From NCBI RefSeq assembly GCF_009834535.1, contig NC_045704.1, positions 12,090,001 to 12,154,000 on the forward strand: DNA of 64,000 nucleotides, read 5' to 3'. The translations under genes and the position numbers were made by a program. Below the pieces are notes generated by a model. That model was given only the letters and a program-made list of their open reading frames with translations, was not told the origin of the DNA and made no database searches. Source of the stretch: Camelus ferus (taxonomy: Eukaryota). The first letter of the stretch is position 1. Each line of letters opens with the position of its first letter. Shown in pieces: positions 12,959 through 23,933 of this stretch.

Positions 12959-13194
12959 CCCCCCAGCCTTTGCTCTTGAAAGCGTGCATGAATAAATGAA
13001 TGAATGGATGCATTAGCGGTATCCAGGAATAGTAATTCCTTTCTCTTCTTCTGTGGTACCTCTCAATGTGGATTTCAGAAGAAATTGGGTCTCTGAGTCT
13101 GGAACTCAGGAAGGAGCTTAGGGGATGGAGAAAAAGTTTTAGAACTGAAATCAACATCCATGAAATGTAAAAACTTTCAACAAGTTTTTCTTAC

Positions 13195-13310
13195 AGTGGG
13201 TTCTAAGTGCTTTTATCAGCCCATTTCATCCTTACAACAACCCTCTGAAGTATCATAATCTCCTCTCACAGATGAGGAAACAGAGGTACAGAGCAGTTAA
13301 ATAGATATCC
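13195..13310 (+). mobile_element. MIR fragment
   Basis: catccttacaacaaccct...acagatgaggaaacagagg. Confidence 0.6.
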
Positions 13311-14389
13311 ATGTAATTAAAGACATAAAAGTTTGTGGGTTTTGTTTTTTTCAAAATATCATCATTAAAGGCAAAGGAGAGGATGAGGAAAACAGCAGTT
13401 TGGAAAAATCCCCTCTCTGACTGGAAAGGCAGCACATACTGGTCAGGACGCCTGCACTTCTGCTGACCTCTCCGGAGCCTTTCTCGATCTGTGGCTGGGT
13501 CTGCTTCCTCTCCCCAAGCCCAGACTGGAGGTCTTTGAGGGTAGGGAGCAGGCCTAATCTTCTCTGAGTCCCTGAGACTCAGGGACAGGTGAAGAGAGAC
13601 GGAGACAGAGACAGAGACAGAGAAGACAGAAAAGGAACAAGAATACACATGGAAATTGAGACGGGAATAAGGGGAAGAACTTGATTCAGAGAAGGCCCTG
13701 GCTGGGATGAGGGGGAGACAGGTAGGAGGAGTGAATGATAAATTCAGATCACAGGCTCTCCAGAAACTGCAAGAATTGATCTCAGAGATGGCCCGTGACC
13801 CAGCCCTGACTCAGCCTCGCCTAGCCCTACTCTGGCCCCTGTTGTCTTCACCTTGACCCCTCCCTTACCCCTTAACCCTACTCTGACCCCACCTACCCTG
13901 GCCCCTCTCTGATCCTGCTCTGTCTCCACCCTGATCATTCCCTACCCTCTATCCCACCCTTGCCCTGTCCTGACACCTCTCTGACCCAGCAGTGACCCCT
14001 TCGTAACCCAATCTTGACCCTACCAAGACCCTACACTGAGCCCACCCTGACCCAGCCCAAGCCCCCATGTCTCTCACACAGGTCTAGGGTGGAATGTGAG
14101 TCCATGGCTAATGTCTCTACCTCCTGGAACCCCTCCAACTGTCATGGAACCCCCCCCTGCCCCCAGCTCCAGGTCAGATTGAAGCCCTGAGGCCTGACTG
14201 TGGACAGCAAGAGAGACCAAGAAACACAGAAGAGGGGACAGAGAGATTCAAACCCCAAAGGACACAGCCTGAGCCCCGGGAGAGACCAATGGACTTCCAA
14301 GTGGCCATGGAGATGCCTGGAAGGAAGGGCTGAGGCAGTTGGCAGGCTGTTGAGTACATCTGGGGATTGGCCAGACCTCGCATGTCCAC

Positions 14390-17300
14390 ATGGCCCAGAG
14401 GTCCCAATCTGGCCACCAGAGTGCTCTGCCAGAATTCCTTCCAGCAGCAACTAACAACAACCAAGGCAAGACCCAAGACTCGTCATCAACTACCTTCAGG
14501 CCCCGAGTCAGTACCCAAGACTCTCAGCCCACTGTCCAGAGTCACCAAGTCAGTATTAAAGACTCTCAGCTCACTGTCCAGAGTCACCAAGTCAGTATTA
14601 AAGACTCTCAACCCACTGTCCACAGCCGCCGGGTCAGTATTCAAGAACCCCTGCCAGTTGTCCACAGCCGCCGGGTCAGTATCCAAGAACCCCTGCCAGT
14701 TGTCCACAGCCGCCGGGTCAGTATCCAAGAACCCCTGCCAGTTGTCCACAGCCGCCGGGTCAGTATCCAAGATGCATCATCCATCAGTCACCAAGTCAGT
14801 GCTGAGGACGTGCCACCCATCACCAGCAGTCACCGGGCCAGTGTCCAAGACACACCGTCTGTAATCTACAGTAGCCATTTCAAAACCCGAGATGTCCCAT
14901 CTGTTTTCCATACTCACCGCTTCAGTATCCAAAGCCCTTTGTCAGTGACTCGCACCCCCCGGGCCAATGTAAAATCAGTTACCTGCAGTAGTCAAGTGAG
15001 TATCCCGCCAACAACCCAGAGTCCCCACTCAAGCCTTCAAGTCTCCAGGTCAGTCCGGGCCAGAGTCGATGTCCCCCCATCAATTACTCACAGCCCAGAG
15101 GCCAGTATCAAAAGTAATGAATCAATCATCTGGACCTCCCAGGAGAGCTTCAAAGACACTTTGGATGGTCCCCAACACAACCCAAATACCCCAGAAAGCT
15201 ACCTCTACAGTTCACCATCAGGCAGCTCCACTGAGGGCAGATCTGGCAGGTAAGAGGCAGGGGTCCAGAGAGCTGGTCAGCTTTGGGGCTAGAATTCTGG
15301 GGGAGGGGTATCAGGAAAAGCCAGGGACCAGAGGCATAGTCGGTATAGCAGAGATTGGAGTTTAGAGTTAGGGTGTGGCTGGGCTTGAAAGCTGGATCTG
15401 AAGGCTTGCTCTGGGTGGGGACTGGCATAGAGGCTGGACCTGTGATTCAACCTAGAGAATAGATTTGGGGGTGGCAAGGCCTGGAAGCTAGATCTGGAGG
15501 CAAGGGAGCCTAGAGGCTGAACCCAGGTGAGCATGTCCTAGAGGGAGATACAGGGCATGGAGAACAGACATAGGCAAAATAGAGTCTGAAGGTTAGACTT
15601 GGGGGGACAGGGTCTGATAGCTGGACCTGGGGTGGCTGGGCTGGGTGGCTGGACTCAGTGCTGACACTGGTAATGGGCAATCTGCTGCAGGTTTCGGGAC
15701 AGGTGTAGACTCAGCCATTCCCAGCTGCCCATGGGCTGGCGGCTGCTGCATGAGGCCAAGAAGATCAGTCACCAGCTGAGCCTGGTGCTGAGCCTGGCCG
15801 GCATGGTGACCATCGGTCTCATCTCTCTGGGCCAGCACTGGATCCACTTCCAGGTGCCACTGATGCCCCCTGGGGATGCTGCTGGCTACCCCACCATCCT
15901 CATCAATACCATCTTCTTTGTGCAGTGCCCTGACACCTCCTGCCAGAATGAGTACGACCAGAATGCTTGTAAGACCTACCCTACACTCACTGTTCCTGGG
16001 ACTCATCTCTCCTCTTTGTCCCAGGGACCCTCTTCTGCCTTCCCCGGATTGGTCCTCACTGCCCTGGGCTAGTTCTCCCCTCTCCATGACAGTTCCCACT
16101 ACCCTTGAATAGTCCCCCTTTCCCCCAAGACGGTCCTCACTGCCTATGCTCATTCTCACCTACATGATACCCATCCTCACAATTCTCATGACCCTAGCAA
16201 CTGGTACATAATCCTGAGGCTTTTTCACCCCAAGGAATCTGTCCTCATCACATCAAATTAGTTCCTCAATGCCCAACCCACTTGTCACTGCCCAAGAACC
16301 TGTCCTCAATGACCTAGAGGCATCTGCCTCAATACCCCATCTCTAGAGCCCAATTTCAATTTCCTTAAAATAGGGATGAAGAATTTTCAAGGGAGAGGAC
16401 TTAAGACTACTTCCAGACTCCCCGGGGACCCTCTCCCCCATGCTCAGGGCCTCAGGGCCCATCTTGGTGTCCTGATTTTCTTCCTTCCCCAGACTTACTG
16501 GACTTTGCCTGGGCCTTCCTCCTCATTGCAAGCACTTCCAGCTTCTGCCTCTGCATCATCCTCATAAACATCGTCTTCTTCACAAGCACCAACACGCCCA
16601 TGCTGGACTTCTCCAGTGTCATCATCAGCATCCTGACAGGCATGGCACTGAGACCTGTCCCTGAGGAACCAAGTAGAGGAGTTCCCTGCCCAGTGCCTCT
16701 CCTGATAGCCAACCTCTCCCCACCACACTCCAACGCCATCCTCATTTTCACCTTCAACCCCAATCCCAGTACTATCTCCCTCCAAATCTCCAGTCCACCC
16801 CAATAAAAAATATTAACTTCCAACCCAACCCCATCTCCAGTCCAAGTCCACTCCATCACCAACAGATCTCAAAATCACTCACATTCCCTTCTGTGATATC
16901 CATCCCCATCCATACCCCCACTCCAATTCTATCTTCTTTCCAATCGCCAAGCCCTTTACAAACATCAACACAACTCAACTCCATGCCTAACCCTCCTCAA
17001 GACTCATTCCAAATCCAAACTACCCCTCTTACCTGTGAATCTCAACCCAACCCATTCCCAACCTCATGGTCTTACCAGTCTCCAATCCATACTCATCCCC
17101 AACCACAACTCATCCCCACCCCTCAAACCAGCCTCAGCCTCAGTGTCCATCACTCAGTCTTCAACTATCCAATACTCAACCCTGTGTCCAGTTCCCACCC
17201 CATCCCGTCTCACCAACACCAGCAGCTCAGTGATTTTGTTCAAGCTACTTAATTTTTCTGAGCCACAGTTTTCTTATCTGTAGGATGGGATAACATTTCC

Positions 17301-18999
17301 TACCATGTGGAGATGTAGTGAGGATTGCATTAGAAAATGTCAGTAAGTGATGGTAGCAATTTAACTGTGCCTGCATCTTTATTGTGATAATCCTCCCACC
17401 CCCACCCAAATAACTCATAATTGCTATTCTGATTAGAATAGTTTAGTTTCCATTTGCATGCCAAACCACACTTTTTAGAAGAGAGGGGCACTTAATTTGG
17501 AAATGAAGAATATTGTGTTCCTGTCTCCTGTAATAATTGATCACAACTTTCAATTGCATCAAGAGAACATTCTTAGAGAGTAATAGTGAGGCCAAGAATA
17601 GAGAACAGTCCACTTCCTTGTTATTAAATGGTATTTACCCAGTTTGTCTAGTAACTCCTCCTTATTGTTTAAATACAAGGTACAAAGGGTAGAAAACATC
17701 TCAGTTTTATGTCATCTAAAACAGAACATTTTTCAATAAGAAAATCATTTCTGTCCAATGTCCCTTTCAATTAAATGCAAAACACCTCCTATATTATTTT
17801 TCAATAACATAAAGAAAAAAATTACCCAGTATTCCACTACCTGAGGAAAAAAATGAATCTTTTCCTTTTCACAAATTATCTTTAATTCATGTCATTTCAA
17901 AATAAAGTTCCAATGTCCAGAATGACTAAGTTCCTTCAGAAGCCCAAAATTAAAGATCCAATACAGTGATGATAATCAGGCCCAATTCCTGAGGGCACAT
18001 TGTGTGCCAGGAAACATGCTGATCTCAATAACTCCTAATGACAGCCCAAGGAGATGGGTCCTATGATTATGCCCACTTTACAGATGAGGGAAATGAGGCT
18101 CAGAGGGATGGAGTGGCTGCCCTAAGATGGGACACAGAAGCAGGACAAGAAGTCCAGTCTGTCAGCCCCAAAGCCTGTGGTTTTAGACACCACCAGTGCC
18201 TGGTTCAAGACCAAGTCTTGCCCTTCCAATGTCCTCCACCATGACGTTGTCAGGAGCCTGTTTTCCAGCCTGTGAGCAGACGTTCAGGGAGGTGAAAGGA
18301 AGTGGGAAAATAATGAACAAGACCTTGGCAGCCACACAGCTATGGGCAAGGGTTCTCACACACCTGATGCTGGCCTCCTAACACCTGTACTCACGCAGGG
18401 ATCAGCATGATACTGTGTATCCTGTTCTACTTGATGCAGGCCCATGAGTACCTGCAGGAAGGCATGACCTACGAGCTGGGGTGCAGTTTCTACCTGGCAT
18501 GGATCGGCGTCTTCCTCTTCCTGATGACTGGTCTGGGCCGGGCTGGGGTTGGGTTTGGGGTTTGGGCATGGGTTCAGGGAGGCAGATGGGGACTGGGTGG
18601 GACAGGGTTTGGGAGGGGGATGGGATTGCAGAGAGGGTTAAGTAGGATTGGACTGAGGAGGGAGATGGGGTTGGGGATGGGTATAGGGCTGGATGCACGG
18701 GTGGGGTTGGGTTTGGACTGGGGAATGGGTTGGGCGCAATGTAGAGAATGGTCCTGGGTTTGGGTTTGAAGATAGGGGTCAGGGACAGTGTTGGGGATGG
18801 GGCGGAGTTTGGGTATGAGCATGGATTTGGGATCACAGTAAGGGGTGTGGCTGGGCTTGGGGAAAGAACCAGGATCAGGCTCAGGCTGGTGAACCTTGCG
18901 CCTCAGCCCGCTGCACTCTTCCTTCCTTCAGGTTTCTTTTCCTATCTGAACTACATGAACTTCTGGTCCCTCCTGGCGATCCAGGCCATCTGGACTTAG
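14390..18999 (+). CDS. Gene B: four-TM PMP22/claudin-superfamily protein with a long Ser/Thr-rich repeat N-terminus, about 494 aa; exons 14390-15249, 15691-15968, 16493-16639, 18399-18530, 18932-18999
   Basis: In-frame splice chain (phases 2,1,1,1; 1485 nt); intron 3 is GC-AG. TM1 HQLSLVLSLAGMVTIGLISLG, ECL1 HWIHF...FFVQCPDTSC, TM2 YLLDFAWAFLLIASTSSFCLCIILINIVFF, TM3 VIISILTGISMILCILFYLM, TM4 FYLAWIGVFLFLMTGFFSYLN. The 147-nt TM2 exon has the same length as that of gene A. Confidence 0.75.
14531..14771 (+). repeat. 42-bp coding tandem repeat (14-aa unit xVxSxxVSIxxxxx)
   Basis: Units start at 14531, 14573, 14615, 14657, 14699 and 14741; degenerate units continue to about 14940. Confidence 0.9.
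17225..17370 (-). mobile_element. MIR fragment
   Basis: caagctacttaatttttctgagccacagttttcttatctgtag. Confidence 0.55.
17990..18200 (+). mobile_element. MIR fragment
   Basis: gcccactttacagatgagggaaatgaggctcagag. Confidence 0.6.
18531..18860 (+). repeat. G-run-rich degenerate (GGGNTT/GGGATG)n intron tract
   Basis: More than 25 GGG/GGGG runs, e.g. ggggttgggtttggggtttggg. Confidence 0.75.
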
Positions 19000-19899
19000 G
19001 GCACAGGAATGACCCTACCTCCCTGCCAAGGAGCCTGCTCACAGCTCCCCACCAAGCACCTGACAACCCTGCTCTCCAGCCTTACCCACACTGAGAGTCT
19101 CTTCCCTTTCCAGTCGCCTCTGAATATTCCTCTCCCAACTCAGATTAATAATCTGTATTTTCAAAGAATCTGTGTTTTTCACCCAGAATGTTCTTTGAGC
19201 TCAATACCTCGAAGTGTTCTTGGGAAGTGGCAGGCCTCCCTGGGGCCATCCCTTGGGCCCTCTGGGGAGAGGGGCAGGTGTGGGAGGGACTCAAGGGGAA
19301 AGAGACAGGAGGCACCAGCACACAGAGCAGGTTCCTGATTCCTGCCATAGAGATGGTGCTCAGTCAGTATGTCAAATAGCTGATGCTTTTAAGCCAAGCT
19401 CTTTGGGCTTCATCCTTCCCATCTGTGACCTCCAATAATTTGCCCCTCCCAAGGTTAATTCTCTTTGCACCCACACTTCCTCCTGCCTTTCCCAACAGCT
19501 CCTGTCACTGTCTCCATTCTTCTCCCCAACTCCACCCCAAAACAAAGATGTTCTTTTTTTCACTTAAAATTTTTTTTTCTATGGGGTCCCATTCCTTCCT
19601 TATTTATTTATTTTTAAGGCTGTCATAGGTAGCCAATCTTTGCAGATGGTCTGGGGCTACGAGTCATTTACTAAACGGGGCAGGGTTGAAACTCAAGTAC
19701 ACAGTTATATCAATGTCTAGGTCTCCCTGCAGGGCCCCCGCCTGGGGGGGGTCCCATTTATCCCCCTTTCACACAATGGTTAAGGAGGCAGGTTTTGAAT
19801 CTAGTGCAGCCACTGACTCACTCTATGACCTGGGAGCAAGGGGTTGAACCCATTTGGACCTCAGTTTCCCCAACTGTAAAATGGAGATAATGGTAGTCT

Positions 19900-20275
19900 A
19901 GTTGTTCCTCTGTATCCGAGTGGGATTGGTTCCAGGACACGCCCCCCTCCCCCGGCTTCGGATAACAAAATCCAAGGATTCTCAAGTCCCTTATAAAAAA
20001 TTGCAGAGTATTTGCAATTTTATACAAGGGATGATGCACATCTTTCTGTATATTTTAAATCATCTCTCAATTATAATATGTAATACAATGCAAATGCTAT
20101 TAAATAGTTATAAATATAATGTAAATGCTATGTAAATCGTTGCCTGGGCACACGGCAAATTCAAGTTTTGGTCTTGGGAACTTTCTGGAACTGTTTTTTT
20201 CCCCGACATTTTCCATGCGCAGCTGGTTGAAATGTGCACGTGGAACCCGCTTGTGGGGAAAGCCAATGGTACTTC
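19900..20275 (+). mobile_element. MER2 (TcMar-Tigger) DNA transposon
   Basis: gggattggttccaggac...aaaatccaaggattctcaagtcccttata...ggttgaa...ggaacccgc matches the recalled MER2 consensus. Confidence 0.75.
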
Positions 20276-20389
20276 AATCTAGATAGAGTTTAGGCCATAG
20301 TATGTGCTCTCTAAGTGTTGTTACAATAATCCTTCCTCTTGTCTCCCACAGAAGGCTCTCAAATGTGCTCATTTTTAATAAGAAGTGAG

Positions 20390-20950
20390 CTGCAACTATG
20401 AGCCAGACACTGGGTCTATAGGAGTGGTCAAACTAGACACAAATCCTAGTCTTTAAGGAATTGACATTTCGGCAGAGAGGCAAAAACGAAAACAAAAACA
20501 AGCAAAAAACCCATGCCCACAGAAAGATATGTGAGAGGATAAGAGCTATGAAGAAAAATACAGGAGAGAAAGGGTGACCAGTCTGGAAAACAGAGGGCCT
20601 GTTATATAGAGTGAATGGGTGGGGAGCTCTAGGCTACGGTGACATCTGAGCAGAAACAGGACTGAAGAGAGGAAGAGGGCCATGGGGATAGACTGGATGG
20701 GAAAGTTCCAGGCAAAGACAATAGCGAATGCAAAGGTCTTGAGGTAGAAATGACCTTGGCAGTTCCCAGGAAGACCAGGGAGGCCACTGTGCTAGTGTAG
20801 CCTGAGCAAGGGAGACAGAAAGGGGAGACGAAGGCAGAGAAGGAGCAGGGACTGGGTCACTCTGGGCCTTGTGGGCTACAAGGAAGACTTTGGTTTCCTC
20901 TGAGTTACGCAGGAGCCAGTGAAGGAAATGTCTCATTTTAAGAGCAGAGT
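20390..20950 (-). mobile_element. L2 LINE remnant
   Basis: ccagacactgggtcta...ttccaggcaaagacaatagcgaatgcaaaggtcttgagg...ggaggccactgtgc. Confidence 0.6.
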
Positions 20951-21325
20951 TCAGGTCTCTTCCTTTTACTTCAGACCACAGGCTTCACGGAGGAGTCTCT
21001 TCAGTAGAAGGAAGAAAACAACCCAAACGACCAGGGGGACCAGCTAAACAAAATATATTCTATTCACACAAGGGAATGCTTTGCCACTGTTTAAGGGATG
21101 AGGTCGCTCTGTGTACTGATGTGGAGAGACTATTTATGGGACAAACTAGAGTGGGAAAAAAAGCATCTTTATCCATAACACGCGCGCTCGAGTATCCATA
21201 AAGGAAAAAGTCCACACCAAACTGTAGACAGTGATGATTCTGGTCAATGGGTTTGAAGCAGTAGAGAAGTTTCATTGTTTTATTTTTGAAAAAATTGTTA
21301 CAATCATGTCACTTGAAAAGACACC

Positions 21326-21456
21326 GGGGGGGGGGGTAGGGTATAGCTCAAATGGTAGAGCGCCTGCTTAGCATGCATGAGATCCTGGGTTCAATCCCCA
21401 GTACCTCCTCTAAAAATAAATAAATAAACCTAACTACCTCCCACTACCCTCCAAAA
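21326..21456 (+). mobile_element. vic-1-like SINE with an 11-bp TSD
   Basis: tRNA-Ala-like head; target site duplication GAAAAGACACC at 21315-21325 and 21457-21467. Confidence 0.88.
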
Positions 21457-21519
21457 GAAAAGACACCCAGATTTCCAACCCTGCCAAGAAGCCAAGCCCC
21501 CAACTCTTAGACAATCCAA

Positions 21520-22520
21520 ACCAGGGGTGTACCCCAAATCTGGCCCCCAAACAGCCCCAGGAGTCCAGGCCTCCTGCCCCTTCCTCAAACCTCCAGCCTC
21601 CGGTCCCGCCCCTCCCCCTCACCGCGCAGGCTCGGCCTCTAATTCTGCGCCACGCGACTCTTTCCCAGAACGCCCACCTGTCAAACTCCGTACTGGGTCC
21701 GGCCTCCCACTCTGCGGCTGGGACGTCGCCGGGGCCTGCCCCGCCTCTGCAAGCGCAGCTAGCGCCACTGCAGTGCTGGAAATTCCAGTTGCTTCCCCTT
21801 CTGGCCCCGCCCACACCCGGAAGGGGGCCTTCCCCTTCATGGCCCGCCTTTGGTGCTGTTCACAGAATTGCCTGACCCTCATGACAGGAGAACGGGTCCC
21901 AGTTTTTCCTTGCCCCTTTTCTCCGTCCCCAGGGACAACATCCCACCGTCTGGTCGGGAAGATTCTAGAGGAGACAGGTAGTATTCCCTTCCATAAGCAC
22001 CGAAGCGGGGTTTCCGACACCGGCGTATGTGCTGGACGCCTCGGTGTGAAGCCCGGTCTGGCGCTGGGGGGCAGGCCGCTCGCACGGCGCGCTCTATAAA
22101 GCAGGACACGCTGCAGCCTGCACACGCGGTGGGGAGAGCGAGTGTGAGGTGAGCTTTGTTTTACTATTGGGTCTTTTCTGGGTTTTGCGGTGGGGTGTGC
22201 GTTGGGACCTGGGTCGTGCGTGTCGCGTGGTGCCCAGGACTGCAGCAAGGGCGGCCACTATGTCGCGTGGGCCGAGTCTGGGCCCAGCTAGCCTGAGTGT
22301 TACTTGCGGGGCGGGCAGTGGCGTCCGGAGAGGGTGGGGGCTCTCTGGGGGCGCTCAGGGGGTCGGGGAGGACTCCTGCCGCCGAAGCGAACCGAGGCCC
22401 CCAGGGCTAGTTCCTCTTTCTCTGCACCGCAGCCTGGCTACGCCATTTCTGCTGCCCACGTCGCAGGGCTCCGCCATCTTGTCCATGTCGGGGGCGGGGG
22501 GTGCAGGCAGGGGGCTAGTG
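21520..22520. promoter_or_regulatory. CpG island promoter of the SNORD88 host / gag gene, with TATAAA at 22095-22100
   Basis: CpG-dense, GC boxes, CCGGAAG ETS-like site, TATAAA followed by a strong donor GAG|GTGAGC at 22149. Confidence 0.75.
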
Positions 22521-23837
22521 ACATTGAATATTTCTTTGTGAAGTTTTCCACCCCCTTTCTCGCTACACGTACTCTCCTTAGGAAATCGCTTTTGTATTTT
22601 TGATTCCACGTGGCTGGCATTTTTGTGCAGCATAGAACAAAGCCTGTGGGAGAGGTAGAGGCAGGATCTCAGGAGTTACTAAGGAAGAAGTGGGAGTGAG
22701 GTCTTTAAGTACTGTGTTGTTTCCGAGAACTAGATAGAAGTGGTTTTAGGAGAAAGTTAGTGAGGCCTTTGTTCACTTTTAGGAATTATCCTCACACGGC
22801 CACTCAAATATCAGAATTTTGAAATCACTTAGAACCTCATAGTTTTATTAAACGTCAGTCCTGGGGCTGATCGGTCCTAAGATCTTTTTGGACATCAGTT
22901 GCTTGACGCCTGAGCAATGCAGCGCCCCTGGCAAGGAGAGCCAGCCCACGAGCAAATAGCTGATTTTCTGTCTCCCCACAGCAACCCAGCAAGAATCCCT
23001 TCTGAGTTTCTCCCTTCAGTCAACCGTCTAGAAAACTGTTGAGTTTACACTTACTCTTGCCAAGTCACAAGTGGAATTTCTCGTCCATTCATCTTTGGAG
23101 TGCGCCCTCTTTTGCCATTGTCCGATATATCCCTTTTTTCACGCCCTTTTTTCCTTTTTATTTTTCAGATCCTCAAACATACGGGGAAACAGACATGTTT
23201 AATAGTTACAACATTTCACCAAGTTTGCTTTTTTGTCCTTAGTGTTCTGAAAGTATATTTCTTATTTCATCCAAAATAGTTAATACTTGTGTCTCTAAAA
23301 TAACGTTTTTCTAGGTAATGACAGTGCTGTTGTCACCCTCAATGAGATTTGTTCCTTAATGATACCATCTTCTATCTGCTTAGTGCTCATAGTTCCTAAA
23401 TCATCTCCAAAACGTCTTTCGCAGTTGACTTGTTCAAAAACGGTTGTGCTTAAGGGTCTCTGGTCATTGCTTACACTTCTTATATTTTAGGTTTCTTTTT
23501 CTCCCTTTATTCCCCCACAACAGGCTCTTCCAAGGGATTTCCATCTTAGCTTTCGCTGTATAGAGTTAGCAGGTACAGCCAGTGCTAGAAATCTGCAGAA
23601 CTGAGACAAGAGGAGTAGTGAGTAGTGAGCAGGGTCTCAACATGTAATGGGTTTGGAGACAGTCCCTTGTGGACCTGTGAGACTGGGGAGGTGGGGGCAT
23701 CTTGGTGTCTCCATAGGGAAAGCTGTGGGCATTTGTACCCTCCTGATGGTTTTTTGTGTTTCTCAGTCTCTAAGTGCTGTTAGCTTGGCCTCTGTTCCTG
23801 AAGGTGAGTGGCCTTGGGATCTGGTTGCAGAGGGACC

Positions 23838-23933
23838 TGGGCTCCAATGATGTCCAGCACTGGGCTCTGATCACCCCTGAGGACACAGTGCCCCCCAAGG
23901 ACCTTTGACACCTGGGGATCTGAGGTGCCCTGG
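23838..23933 (+). ncRNA. SNORD88C: Box C/D snoRNA SNORD88 (88C-like copy)
   Basis: C box ATGATGT 23847, guide AGCACTGGGC + D' CTGA, C' TGAGGA, D box CTGA 23920-23923, terminal stem; guide complementary to 28S GCCCAGUGCU. Confidence 0.88.

Noticed and set aside
14367-14864. 165-aa alternative-frame ORF over the gene B repeats (ATG 14382)
   Set aside because: 42-bp repeats without stops stay open in several frames, and it has no splice continuation. At most it is an overlapping uORF in weak context
21333-21410. tRNA-Ala(AGC)-like sequences (also at 12890, 26150, 35465, 49450, 55875, 61815, 63330)
   Set aside because: SINE heads with shared tails and TSDs and imperfect cloverleafs, not tRNA genes
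21527-22248. 190-209 aa ORFs in the CpG island
   Set aside because: Typical stop-poor GC-rich promoter DNA; Pro/Ala/Arg-rich with no domain signal
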